DNA of 24,438 nucleotides from IMG/VR virus record IMGVR_UViG_3300017910_000514, positions 1-24,438 of that record. One strand, written 5' to 3'. Positions 9,801 through 19,005 of this stretch are shown one piece after another. The DNA comes from a virus. Its lineage: Duplodnaviria > Caudoviricetes. Position 1 is the stretch's first letter. Each line of letters opens with the position of its first letter. The position numbers and the translations under genes are program-made. The notes beneath the pieces are model-generated. The model was not told the DNA's origin, ran no database searches, and worked only from the letters and a program-made list of their open reading frames with translations.

Positions 9801-10527
9801 TTTACCTAGCATGCCAGATGTCATTAAAGCCCCCCTAAAAGCTATGGGTGTTATAGATGACGGTACATATGCTTATCGATTGGTCGTAAATCCTGCGTCT
9901 GACCAGTTAATCAAAACTGGCCTTCCTGCAAGCCTTCATCCTAAAAAATATGATATTTTAGCGAGTCAGGTCAAAAGGGGCTTAGAGCAACTTTCTGATG
10001 AACAGCTTAATCGAATCGGAGCCAACAGAAATGATCTAAAATATGGTATCGAAAATGGCTACGTTGACTTTGTAAGAACAAGCTCACTAGGCAATCTTGA
10101 TAGTTTAGATTCTTATAAAGTAATTGTAAGAACTGGTATCAGAGATGGCTTATTTGAGTACAGTGGACAATCTTTTCCTGTTGTATTATTTCCTGACTTT
10201 GTTCCAAGCTATGAAAATGATGAAATTCTTACCAAAGTGTATAACGATGCTTTAAATAACGGTGTTGATGCTGGGTATCTCAACAAAACACTGTTGAAGA
10301 TAAACTCATACAATATGTTTTTCGGTGCATTTGCTGTTAGACAAGCTGTTATGAATGAGCTTAACAATGCAACAAACGCAGGAAGACCAGTAAGTAGCGG
10401 GCTAATAGTTAATACAGCAATAAATACTCTTGCCCGTGCTAATGGTTTAGATCCAATAGAAATGACAAATCAGGACTATGATAGATTCTCTAGTTACTTC
10501 GATGTCTTTACAGTTTCGAGTCCATAA
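6820..10527 (+). CDS. large internal virion (ejection) protein (T7 gp15-like position)
   Basis: 1235 aa, helical-looking, Cys-free, located between the small and last ejection proteins. Call rests mainly on synteny. Confidence 0.7.
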   Translation: MGFKPTRTSQVQLQTGGGIPNFAGLKPTGIETAAKELSNLSQTYIKQAYNSAARRDKAEAALAGLDIMDPETGGIRQDLADKAQEFWSSEGQTQYESTRDTAITNRMVVQLEAARDTYLMKDKLGIGVDGKNPERENYDKITNELRSQVESYPQALSMFDANLEKVNTSIELAQAKSRQEVEYAKEYDDNVQAATLAVELIGSIAENDDLPDNDKRKILSTRMEVFKGIIEDISQSPAKDVRAGHKARTLLSLVQTKTAEGWFGSMISRQAANLQKEDAYTIKGAEVYARKLAQQIRANGPAFLKEIVGDEKNIGIDLSLVDIDTLANSVEQLGVKQSSLNSAVEAERQADIQPKVDQWLAKNIFNNDVTADSLKRILNSNLVPIAKAMDAENPWKIVVKFRKAARTKLNGLLDTANAQARVDERKAEDAVGGLADFIRTGVTSDEGLQSEGFDSALARAVTLINDENTSEKVKDKLRDATAAASLRNIRAEETLIQMNMSAISASPNTEESHNLIEATNELVEKLSKKEAGKTSAVITQWSDFKNNNEQVLLTDQIRGALERHSEAKPLVLDGVDANFNNIEDIRQLNTEMNLGLESLIERSVTAHDNLKFKHTFNEQVENWIAKTNPTNVLLTRTPEAAKQELAELKERTDELTPNLASDIDADTKFAQMESRLIDYTKKWQEADAIRIRLESVQQNFMNNNPTAGIMSREDIQKHDPPPNFDLMDEGSYPEMLNYVMKYGMIPDNMIDALNSAFLTDEEGFDRSMSFFSNVVGAMVVGTGRPKEQIVNHVLAQMNGAAGSRHSNTRVASALSFAIESTLSYDEIKDAVTKGNYSTANTIAKGSIYPEAGMEEKEVQAFDNENDALFEAFTRILFNQSDSSILQLFGFNNVRTEEAKQFYQWLESTKGELAGKNRMSSTLEATPALKYQLLSIFRHEIQIAGQTGRMTPQAVNGAVQRTMNRLGANFKIETQKVGTSLLTQPAAPDGAMDWILPSMPDVIKAPLKAMGVIDDGTYAYRLVVNPASDQLIKTGLPASLHPKKYDILASQVKRGLEQLSDEQLNRIGANRNDLKYGIENGYVDFVRTSSLGNLDSLDSYKVIVRTGIRDGLFEYSGQSFPVVLFPDFVPSYENDEILTKVYNDALNNGVDAGYLNKTLLKINSYNMFFGAFAVRQAVMNELNNATNAGRPVSSGLIVNTAINTLARANGLDPIEMTNQDYDRFSSYFDVFTVSSP

Positions 10528-13500
10528 TGGCTGAAAGGTTTGCGGAAAATATACCCTTTGGATATATGACTCCTGATCCTGTTATAGACTATCAACGGGA
10601 AGATCCGGACTACTTCGATTATCTAGGGGCTAAAGCTTATAAAACGTTTCCTGCTATAGCATTTCGTTTCTATGATGAGCCTGACTTTGATGAGTTTATT
10701 GACCCTAATTACGAACCCTTAGCTGACCCAAGGTTTTCTGAAACAGGAAGACTTAGGACTAATAAGAGGTTGTTTGCTGGGGCAAGAAGCCAAGAAGAAT
10801 TAGAATTCCAAATCAAAAAATATGATAAAGAACAGGAAGTCCTAAGAACCATTAACGATTATGACTATCGTGTTGGTGGCGGCAGATTTAAAGGTCAAAA
10901 AGCCATAGCCAATTTTGGTATGGAACTTTTATCAGATCCCTTGACATACGTTCCTGTGCTTGGCTGGTGGGCTAAGGGAGCTAAAGCAAGCCATAGATTT
11001 ATGGCGGCAGGTGCTGTTGGCTTTGCTGCGGCTGTTCCGTATGAGTATATAAAAAGACAGGATTCATTTACCAGAACCAATGCCGAGTCACTAATTACTC
11101 TTGGTACTATGTTCATGTTGAATGGTGCTGTTGGTGCGGCATTTGGTAGAGCAAGAGGTATCAAGCCGTCGCCCAAACAATCAGACCCAAATGCTTTTAC
11201 AGATGCAAAGCCACTGGCCCTAATACAAAGAACACAGGATGATCTTGCGGACGCTTCTCCAAGCTCAACAGTAACTTCTCCCAGGAGGGTTGAGCCAGAA
11301 CCTTTTAATACTCCTGAAGCTTTTGAACAGGCAAGAAGAATAGAGCCTTCAGAGGAAATGGCATCTATTCAAACTGGTAAGCCAACTTCTGTAACAGCAT
11401 GGCGTGGTCAAACAGAAAAGCCTCTTGAGGGTAACGCATCAAGATTTGCTGGTGCAGGAGCAAATGCTCAATACTGGGCAATGACAAAATCTCAGGCTTC
11501 AACCTACTCTGATGATGTTATTGAAGCTGAGATTAAACTAAATAACCCTGTTGTTATTAACAACGATGATGACTTCATTGATCTTGTTAAAAGAGCGACA
11601 GGAACAGATATAAATGATGACGGCTTAATGATGTTCTTCATGGGTAATCAAGGGAGAATCACCCTTGAAGATCTGGCAAGAAATGCTGGACATGATGCGA
11701 TTGTCATCCGTCTTTGGACGAAAGCTAATGATGATACCATTGAAGCTTCTATGAAGCTTAAAGACGAGATGAGTAATCTTGGTGCTGTTGGCGGTGGTAT
11801 TGGCAGAGATGGTCAGAATCTTAGGGCAATGTTTGACCAGAACGAAATCATTATCTTTGATAAGCAGAGATTCAAAGTAGCACCATCAAAAGATGAACCA
11901 AGACCAAGAAGTCTGGGGGCAGCTGCGGCTAACGTATCCTTAAGAGATCTTGAACGACAAGAAAGCCTTAGAGCAACAGGAATTGGCTTAGAGGATGCCC
12001 CTCTAAATCCATTACTTAGATTGCTACAAGGTGGGCCTGAAGCATCTAGAATTGTTCAGGATATGGTAGAGCCAGCTGGTATGATACTAAACAAGATAGA
12101 TGATCAGATACCTATGGTGAACGATTCTGTTTCTACCATGTTTAAGACAACTTATCTTACGCCTTTATTTACTGCAATTACTAAAGCAGAAGAAGCTTTC
12201 CTTAACTTCAGACAGATAAGCGGTAACAGACAAGGTCTTACAGCAAACGCATATAGGATGCTTAGAGAAAAGGCCAGAGGTCTAGCCCCTGCTCACGGAA
12301 GAAATAATGATCTTGTAAGAACCTTTAATGAACGTGTTGGTCTAGCTCTCATGCGTGGTGGTGACAACATGGCTGATGACATGACGCCATTTGTTAATGA
12401 AGCGGCTTCAGCTTATCGTGTTGTTTTGGATTTAGTAAGAGATCAAGGAACAAGTGTAAATCTTTGGATCAAGGAAATTGACAAGAAGATAGAGAAGCTT
12501 GCAGAGAAACTTGAGACAGCTTCCCCCACAACTGCTGGGGGTATCAGAAACCAGATGGACAATCTAGCCGCTGTGAAAGACAAAATATCACAGCATGGTG
12601 TGCAAGCTACAATCAGAAGTAAGGGATACTTCCCCAGAATATACGATGTTGATTACATGCTTAGTGAAGCTGGTAAAGCTGAGTGGCTGAGAGTCGTTGG
12701 TGGTGCGATTGGTAGAGAAGAAGCCCAGAAAGCTTGGACAAAGATAACAAACTCCTTCGATGATACTCTAGAAGGATTTGACAGCTTTATGGATGATGTA
12801 GCAACGGGGAGCGCACAAGCTAGATTGCTAGACATCGATGATGAGCTACTGGTTCCATTTCTAAGTTTTGATGTAGAGGCGGTTGTTCGTGACCATGTAA
12901 GACGCATGGGTATGGACATCGAACTTACTAGAAAGTTTGGGTCAGTTGATATGAGAGAGGCAATTGATTCTCTTCCTACAGCTGAAGCCAAAAGAGATGT
13001 TACTGCACTAAGAGATATATTGCGTGGTAACTATGGCCGTCCATCTGATCCGCATAGCATGGTGAACAGAGGCATTTCACTATTAAGAAACTATAGTCCT
13101 TTGGTTTACATGGGCGGTGCGGCTGTATCATCTCTACCTGACATAGCAAGGCCTATTATGACAGAAGGCATTAATGCTTTTATGGGTACATCATTGCGTC
13201 TGTTCATGGGTGGTATGAGAAAAGAAATACTTGCCATGAATAGAAAGACTGTTCGTGAAGTTGGTGAGGCTCTCGATATGGTATTATCAATGAGAGCATT
13301 TGCTATGGCAGATGTTGGCTCTACATTTGGCAGAGCAAGTACATTGGAAAGAAGCGTCAAGAATCTACAAGTTCCTTTCTTCCTTCTTAATGGTCTGAAC
13401 CTGTGGACTACAGCAATGAAAGAGTTCACTGGTCTTATTGTTACAAGACGCATGACTCAAGCCATGGCTAAGGACTGGCAAACCCTCCCTATTGCTGACA

Positions 13501-14246
13501 AAGAAAGATTACTTGCAAACGGCATCGATGGCCCGATGGCTGCAAGAATTAACAGACTTATGCAGATGGATGGTATGTATGATCAGGTAGGGTCTTTTAG
13601 ATTCCCTAGGCTAGCTCAATGGGCGAGTGTTGATGCTGGTGCGGCTGATGCCTTTAAACGTGCGTTAAACCAGCAGATCAACAGAACCATTGTTACTCCT
13701 AATGCTGGTGAGAAAGCATTATGGACAGAGAATAATATCGGTAATGTGATCGCTCAGTTTAAAAGCTTTGGACAATCATCTACACAAAGAATGTTGATAT
13801 CAGGATTACAAGAACGTAATGCCAATTTCTATCAAGGTGCTATAGCTATGACTGCACTAGGAATGGTAGTAAATGAGTTGAAGCAAGTTCAGTATGGCTA
13901 TGAAAAGAAACAAAATATTACACAAATGATAGCAGAAGGTATGGATCGAGCAGGTCTATTTGCCATTGTCTCAGACATAAATCATGCTCTTGAGGTAATG
14001 TCATCCAATAGAGTTAGCATAGATGCTTTAGCTGGTGGCCGTCCTACAGAGCAAAGCACAAGACGCACCATATCTACGTTTGCTGGGCCTAGTGGTTCTA
14101 TAGTCTATGACTTCGGTCAGATGGCTCAACAGGCTTTATCTGGTAATTTATTCTCTCAACAGTTTATGAATAGCACCTTGAGAGTAACGCCTTATCAGAG
14201 TCATCCATTCTTCCCAAGAGGTTTATATGCCGGAGATGGTTATTAG
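10527..14246 (+). CDS. large internal virion (ejection) protein (T7 gp16-like) with inserted ADP-ribosyltransferase-like domain
   Basis: 1239 aa. DPL..VP and Gly/Ala-rich membrane-like helices, GYFPRIYD, SSLPD.A, QFKSF motifs typical of this family. Residues about 287-450 carry ART-like motifs. Confidence 0.8.
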   Translation: MAERFAENIPFGYMTPDPVIDYQREDPDYFDYLGAKAYKTFPAIAFRFYDEPDFDEFIDPNYEPLADPRFSETGRLRTNKRLFAGARSQEELEFQIKKYDKEQEVLRTINDYDYRVGGGRFKGQKAIANFGMELLSDPLTYVPVLGWWAKGAKASHRFMAAGAVGFAAAVPYEYIKRQDSFTRTNAESLITLGTMFMLNGAVGAAFGRARGIKPSPKQSDPNAFTDAKPLALIQRTQDDLADASPSSTVTSPRRVEPEPFNTPEAFEQARRIEPSEEMASIQTGKPTSVTAWRGQTEKPLEGNASRFAGAGANAQYWAMTKSQASTYSDDVIEAEIKLNNPVVINNDDDFIDLVKRATGTDINDDGLMMFFMGNQGRITLEDLARNAGHDAIVIRLWTKANDDTIEASMKLKDEMSNLGAVGGGIGRDGQNLRAMFDQNEIIIFDKQRFKVAPSKDEPRPRSLGAAAANVSLRDLERQESLRATGIGLEDAPLNPLLRLLQGGPEASRIVQDMVEPAGMILNKIDDQIPMVNDSVSTMFKTTYLTPLFTAITKAEEAFLNFRQISGNRQGLTANAYRMLREKARGLAPAHGRNNDLVRTFNERVGLALMRGGDNMADDMTPFVNEAASAYRVVLDLVRDQGTSVNLWIKEIDKKIEKLAEKLETASPTTAGGIRNQMDNLAAVKDKISQHGVQATIRSKGYFPRIYDVDYMLSEAGKAEWLRVVGGAIGREEAQKAWTKITNSFDDTLEGFDSFMDDVATGSAQARLLDIDDELLVPFLSFDVEAVVRDHVRRMGMDIELTRKFGSVDMREAIDSLPTAEAKRDVTALRDILRGNYGRPSDPHSMVNRGISLLRNYSPLVYMGGAAVSSLPDIARPIMTEGINAFMGTSLRLFMGGMRKEILAMNRKTVREVGEALDMVLSMRAFAMADVGSTFGRASTLERSVKNLQVPFFLLNGLNLWTTAMKEFTGLIVTRRMTQAMAKDWQTLPIADKERLLANGIDGPMAARINRLMQMDGMYDQVGSFRFPRLAQWASVDAGAADAFKRALNQQINRTIVTPNAGEKALWTENNIGNVIAQFKSFGQSSTQRMLISGLQERNANFYQGAIAMTALGMVVNELKQVQYGYEKKQNITQMIAEGMDRAGLFAIVSDINHALEVMSSNRVSIDALAGGRPTEQSTRRTISTFAGPSGSIVYDFGQMAQQALSGNLFSQQFMNSTLRVTPYQSHPFFPRGLYAGDGY

Positions 14247-14258
14247 TAATGTGAATTG
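14244..14258 (+). promoter_or_regulatory. putative late regulatory motif TAGTAATGTGAATTG (copy 2)
   Basis: Identical to 1525-1537 over 13 bp and to 1586-1595 over 10 bp (ATGTGAATTG). Lies upstream of the tail fibre gene. Confidence 0.55.
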
Positions 14259-14289
14259 CTCGAAAACAATAATGAGGTGATAAAACAGT

Positions 14290-15228
14290 ATGGCTACTAT
14301 AGAAATTGCAGATAATGATGCCAGAGTTCAGTATAGCGGCAATACGATTGTTGCTAACACAACTACGTTGTCTATCGATTTTACTTTCTTCTCTGAAAAT
14401 GACATCAACGTAATTGTAACAAACAGTGCTGGCGTTGATACAGTTCTATCAAGAGGCACAGGAGCGGGTACGTTTGCTGTTGCTGGTACTGCTGTTGATG
14501 ACGGTTTCTCAGGCGGTAATGTTACTTTTGGTGATGCTTATACAACTACAGATACCATAACAATATTTCGTGATATACCCATAGCAAGAACAACAGACTT
14601 TCCTACATCTGGGCCATTTTCTATAACATCTCTCAATACTGATTTTGATAAGATTTTTGCCATTGCACAACAGAATGAAACTGCGGCTGGAAGAGCTGTA
14701 TCGTTAAAGAACTCTGATACAACAACATCTATCGAATTACCCATAGCTACTGTTCGTGCAAACAATGTTTTGGCTTTTGATTCAAGTGGTAACATCGATG
14801 TCGGGATATCAGCATCACAAGTCAGCGCATTGGCTTCAGCTAGTAGCCAAGCTCAGTCAGATGCCGCTGATGCACTACAGCATAAAAATGATGCAGAGGC
14901 GGCTAAGCTGGCGGCAGAAACAGCACGTAATCAGGCGCAAACGGCACAGGCGGCGTTAAATATTCCGGGGCCAGCCGCAATAAATGTAGGTAACTTTATT
15001 AAGGTAAACGCAACAGCGACAGGGTTTGAGTTTTCTCCCCCTGCTACAGATACGGCAGTCTTCTATGGGCTTCGTATAGACGCTAGCAGTAATCTAATAC
15101 TGGATTATTCTGTAGCTGGCGGTTCATCAACCTTTAATATTGCTGACTATGATAACTATATGATTGGATCATCAGGCATGGTCTTTTCCATCAACACAAG
15201 CGGTGAGCTTGTAGTGAGCCTACCATAA
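14290..15228 (+). CDS. tail fibre protein with T7 gp17-like N-terminal anchor
   Basis: GAGGTG RBS. RVQY..N...F.FF...DI.V and TI.R..PI.RTTDF...G......LN..FD...AI.QQ anchor motifs, Ala-rich coiled coil, C-terminal FYG...L...FSIN..GEL adaptor segment. Confidence 0.85.
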   Translation: MATIEIADNDARVQYSGNTIVANTTTLSIDFTFFSENDINVIVTNSAGVDTVLSRGTGAGTFAVAGTAVDDGFSGGNVTFGDAYTTTDTITIFRDIPIARTTDFPTSGPFSITSLNTDFDKIFAIAQQNETAAGRAVSLKNSDTTTSIELPIATVRANNVLAFDSSGNIDVGISASQVSALASASSQAQSDAADALQHKNDAEAAKLAAETARNQAQTAQAALNIPGPAAINVGNFIKVNATATGFEFSPPATDTAVFYGLRIDASSNLILDYSVAGGSSTFNIADYDNYMIGSSGMVFSINTSGELVVSLP

Positions 15229-15240
15229 GGAGTGTGAAAG

Positions 15241-17367
15241 ATGGCGACACTAAATCTAGGTAAAATCAGTCTAAACTTTAGAGGGGCATTTGACGCTACT
15301 ATTGCTTACAGCAAAAATGATGCCGTCTCTTCTGGTGGCAGTTCTTGGATAGCAATCATTGACCAGACAGCCCCAGCGTTTAGTAACACGACAACTTATA
15401 GTCTCAACGATCTTGTAACGGATGGTGGTAATGTCTTTCGGTATATTAATGCTACTGCTGCCGCAGGAAACGCAACGACGGTTGCCACACACTGGGCGGC
15501 AAACACGCCTTCTTCAACGAATACAACGTTTTGGAACATCATTGCTGAAGGCACTGCGATCTTAACAACTGCTGGTGATGTCCTTACACACGATGGCACA
15601 AGCCAAGTAAGGTTGCCACGAGGAGCTGGTGGTCAGGTTCTTAAGGTTTCTGGAACATCTGTAGGATTCTCAAATGAGTCTGGGTTTAAAAACCTGACTG
15701 TACTGGAGTCTAATTACGGAGATCCAATCCAGTGGAACCAAAATCCTTCTGCGGCAACAACATATGGTGCAACTGGTTCAAGGCCTTGGCTTGCGGATTA
15801 TTCTAATAACTGGATTCCCCAATATGCTTTCCCGAATCCGGCATGTGGGCCTGTGGCAAATGCTGAACAGGGAAATCAATATCATAACTACCGTTTACAG
15901 ACTTTCATTAACAATGAACATGAGATCTGTGTGATGGGTTCTGATGCTGGTAGCTATGCTTCTAACGGTATACATAGCGGCAATGGACACAGTATGTATC
16001 CTCTTATGAATATATGTACTGATAACGGTGGTATGAGAGATGGTGACTACTTTGTCAGGCATTGGAACTCAAGCCACTGTATGTGGGCATTGACCAAGGA
16101 TGGGGATCTATTCTCACGTGGATACAATGCATATGGCCAGCTTGGAGTCGGAGATACAACTAACAGGTATATGTGGTGTAAGGTTGCCACTCTTGGCCCT
16201 GATGCTACACATGCTGGTACATCATGTCAGATAGCAGGGTTCTATCCATGTATTTCTTCTGATACTGGAGGAGCTTCTTACAACCATTGCTTTGCAATAG
16301 ATACGAGCGGACGTTTGTTTGCTTGGGGTCATGGTGCTAATGGTAAATTAGGTTTGGGCAATACTGACAATCAGACTCTGCCAGTTCATGTTAGCTCAGT
16401 GTCCAACATATGCATGATTTCTGGAAGGTATGGATCTACCCATATTGTTGATACAAGCGGTAATCTATTCTTTGCGGGCAGTAGTCAAAATGAGATAGAT
16501 GGCGGCCTAAGTAGCGGTACTCTCTCATCATTTACTGACACTGGTCAAAATAATGTTTATCAGATCTTAAACTCTGATGGATATTATTATACAACCAGAT
16601 ACGCCCATGGTTATTACATTAATACCAGCGGTGAAATGTATGGTATAGGAGGTAACGCAATCGGTGCGGTTGGTGTAGGATCTACGTCAGCGGTTGGAAC
16701 ATGGTCAAGAATTGGTGGGTCTGCTACATATAGCGGTGCAGTACTAGCTGGTAATTCTTATTATCTTTCTGTTGGAGTTCTAGGCGGCACACCAGCAAGC
16801 CCTGATAATACTGTAAGTGTTTGGGGCTTTAATACAAATGGTCAGTTAGGAATGGGCGATACTACTCATCGACAGGCTCCTGTTTCCCCATCAACAACTA
16901 CAGTTTATACACACACAGTTGCGTCAACCACATCTAATGCGGCAATGACGCAAGTTGATGTACCTTTCCCTGGCACAGCAATACGAAGAATATGGGCAAA
17001 TAGAGGTATGCAGGGTCAACAAACTGCTAACTTCTTTTTCCAAGATGACAAGTATAGAACTTGGATGAGTGGATATTCTAACAGTCAAGATTATAACAAG
17101 GCCAGTACTGGAAATGCCGTTATAAATAATATCAGGCTGGATGTTGCTCAAGAAAATACAACAAGCACTGTAGGCACAAGCCACTGGGCTGGAAGCGTAG
17201 AGACTCAAGTCAACCACATGCATGGTGGTGGTAATGCATATAATTCTGAGGGCATCATGTTAAAATACACTACAGATGGACGTATATATGGTTGGGGTTA
17301 CAATGGCCAAGGAGCATTAGAACCCGCCGCAACATATGTAGGCAACTGGATTCAAATGAGACCATAA
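15241..17367 (+). CDS. tail fibre / receptor-binding protein with N-terminal CBM5/12-like repeats and RCC1-like repeats
   Basis: AAGGAG RBS. M..NLGKI...RG.F start, Y..ND.V..GG..W/F repeats, GYNAYGQLGVGDT, WGHGANGKLGLGNT, WGFNTNGQLGMGDT and WGYNGQGAL repeats. Confidence 0.85.
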   Translation: MATLNLGKISLNFRGAFDATIAYSKNDAVSSGGSSWIAIIDQTAPAFSNTTTYSLNDLVTDGGNVFRYINATAAAGNATTVATHWAANTPSSTNTTFWNIIAEGTAILTTAGDVLTHDGTSQVRLPRGAGGQVLKVSGTSVGFSNESGFKNLTVLESNYGDPIQWNQNPSAATTYGATGSRPWLADYSNNWIPQYAFPNPACGPVANAEQGNQYHNYRLQTFINNEHEICVMGSDAGSYASNGIHSGNGHSMYPLMNICTDNGGMRDGDYFVRHWNSSHCMWALTKDGDLFSRGYNAYGQLGVGDTTNRYMWCKVATLGPDATHAGTSCQIAGFYPCISSDTGGASYNHCFAIDTSGRLFAWGHGANGKLGLGNTDNQTLPVHVSSVSNICMISGRYGSTHIVDTSGNLFFAGSSQNEIDGGLSSGTLSSFTDTGQNNVYQILNSDGYYYTTRYAHGYYINTSGEMYGIGGNAIGAVGVGSTSAVGTWSRIGGSATYSGAVLAGNSYYLSVGVLGGTPASPDNTVSVWGFNTNGQLGMGDTTHRQAPVSPSTTTVYTHTVASTTSNAAMTQVDVPFPGTAIRRIWANRGMQGQQTANFFFQDDKYRTWMSGYSNSQDYNKASTGNAVINNIRLDVAQENTTSTVGTSHWAGSVETQVNHMHGGGNAYNSEGIMLKYTTDGRIYGWGYNGQGALEPAATYVGNWIQMRP

Positions 17368-17376
17368 GGAGCTGAC

Positions 17377-17757
17377 ATGGCACAGAAACTTTACAAATGG
17401 ACAGGCTCTCTGAAAGAGCCAACATCATATTCCAGTGATCTTCCTGCTCCTGAATGGTTTGGAACAGATGCTGAAGGGGTATCATATGCTTACTTGGATG
17501 ATGCTTATGCATCTAAGTGTGTTGCTGAAGGAGATGATCTTGCGGCAACAACGGCATCTACTGCGAAGACATGGGTTAAGACTAATAGTAGACAAGCCAA
17601 GGCACTAAATGACGAATGTGTTCAAGAGATAAGGCAAAGCTACAGTATAGATGATGAGTTAAAAGCCCATCGTACAGATGATAGCACTGTTAAAACAGCC
17701 ATAGGCAAGATTGTCGACTCATACACTGCGAAGAAAAACGCACTTGTAGGCGACTAA
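17377..17757 (+). CDS. hypothetical protein, possible tail fibre assembly chaperone
   Basis: AAGGAG RBS, directly after the fibre gene, IR..YS..DE motif. Function inferred from position. Confidence 0.65.
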   Translation: MAQKLYKWTGSLKEPTSYSSDLPAPEWFGTDAEGVSYAYLDDAYASKCVAEGDDLAATTASTAKTWVKTNSRQAKALNDECVQEIRQSYSIDDELKAHRTDDSTVKTAIGKIVDSYTAKKNALVGD

Positions 17758-17769
17758 GGTAGGTGATCG

Positions 17770-18237
17770 ATGGTAGTAGCCGAAGCCCTTGCGGGCATGG
17801 CTCTCATCAAAGCTGGTGTAGATGGAATAAAGGGAGCGATTAATACAGCGAATGATGTAGGCTCAATAGCCAAATACGTTGATAATTTGTTTGAGGGTCG
17901 TGATCAGGTCAACCGTGATAAAAACAAAGCAAGGCAAGATCCGTTTGGCATAAAAAATATAGCCGCAGAAACCATCAACGCAAAACTAGCAGAGGAACAG
18001 CTTGATGAAATGCGTCAACTTATTGACTTCCGTTTTGGTCACGGCACTTGGGCTAGTATTGTTGCTGAAAGAGCGAGACGAATACAAGAAGCTAAGGAAG
18101 CTGAAAAACAAAAAAGGATAGCTGCAAGAAGGCGTAGAGAGGAGACTATAGAGTTTATGGGTATACTAGGTTCAGTCATCGTAGGTGCTGTAACTCTGTT
18201 AGCAATACTCTGGTTCATAGTTTTTAGAAGATGGTAG
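17770..18237 (+). CDS. hypothetical membrane protein (coiled coil plus C-terminal TM helix)
   Basis: AGGTG RBS, G.G.W..I...R..R motif, C-terminal hydrophobic helix followed by RRW. Confidence 0.8.
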   Translation: MVVAEALAGMALIKAGVDGIKGAINTANDVGSIAKYVDNLFEGRDQVNRDKNKARQDPFGIKNIAAETINAKLAEEQLDEMRQLIDFRFGHGTWASIVAERARRIQEAKEAEKQKRIAARRRREETIEFMGILGSVIVGAVTLLAILWFIVFRRW

Positions 18238-18446
18238 ACTGGTGGAAGCGTTACATACAATTCAATCTAACAGCCAAGCTCACAATGCTTGCGTCCGTAG
18301 CTATGAGCTGGCGTTGTGCAGAATGGTTTATGAACCTAGAAAACCCTACAACACAACAATCCGCATTTGTATCAGTAATCATGGGTGTAATGACAGGCGT
18401 TTACGGCATCTACCTTGGCAAAGAAGCAAGGACGCCTAAGGAATGA
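18231..18446 (+). CDS. small two-TM membrane protein, holin-like
   Basis: Two hydrophobic helices around WFM.L..PT.QQ.AFVS, overlapping both neighbours, located in the lysis region. Confidence 0.7.
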   Translation: MVDWWKRYIQFNLTAKLTMLASVAMSWRCAEWFMNLENPTTQQSAFVSVIMGVMTGVYGIYLGKEARTPKE

Positions 18447-18664
18447 AAGAGACACTATACATTTTAGTTATCAGCATGTGGGGCAGTGATGGAGTTACAA
18501 ACCATCCTATAGGTCAGATGGCACTCCAACAGCCCATGACCCTTGAGCAATGCAATTGGCTTCGCTCTGATGGCATGTGGCATAAGTCTACAAACAATAA
18601 ATTTTACTTTATGGTTCCGCAGTGCTTTCCAGAAGATTGTTCTGGTAAGGAGAGGTGCGAATGA
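18443..18664 (+). CDS. hypothetical Cys-containing protein with hydrophobic N-terminus
   Basis: ATGA overlaps at both ends, 73 aa, 4 Cys. Confidence 0.65.
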   Translation: MKETLYILVISMWGSDGVTNHPIGQMALQQPMTLEQCNWLRSDGMWHKSTNNKFYFMVPQCFPEDCSGKERCE

Positions 18665-19005
18665 TACAGCTTCTAGGTGTAGTAGGTAGCCTTGCCCAAA
18701 CCTTTCTGGAAGGTAAGGTAGAAAAAGAGAAAGCCAAGTCAGAAATTATGAAGACTGCGGCACAGCATGACAGTAAATGGGAACTGATCATGGCTGAATC
18801 TACAAAAGGGTCGTGGAAAGACGAGATAATAACTGTAGCCGTATTAACGCCCTGTATAATGAGCTTTATTCCTGGGGCAGAAGATCTTGTCAAAGAAGGC
18901 TTTGCAAGACTTAATGAGTTGCCGGATTGGTATCAGAATATTTTATACGTTACAATTTTAGCGGGGCTGGGTTTGAAAGGGCTGGATAAGTTCAGGAGGA
19001 AGTAA
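18661..19005 (+). CDS. putative holin (3-TM GTA-holin-like)
   Basis: AGGAG 8 nt upstream of ATG 18661 (ATGA overlap), which is preferred over GTG 18655. SWKDE and LPDWY motifs, hydrophobic helices, basic C-terminus, TAATG-coupled to the lysozyme gene. Confidence 0.7.
   Translation: MIQLLGVVGSLAQTFLEGKVEKEKAKSEIMKTAAQHDSKWELIMAESTKGSWKDEIITVAVLTPCIMSFIPGAEDLVKEGFARLNELPDWYQNILYVTILAGLGLKGLDKFRRK

Noticed and set aside
11-18893. Numerous minus-strand and alternate-frame ORFs in the track across the structural region (e.g. 11..391, 3349..3660, 8436..8819, 13106..13453)
   Set aside because: They are shadows of well-supported plus-strand genes, with no RBS or recognisable motifs.
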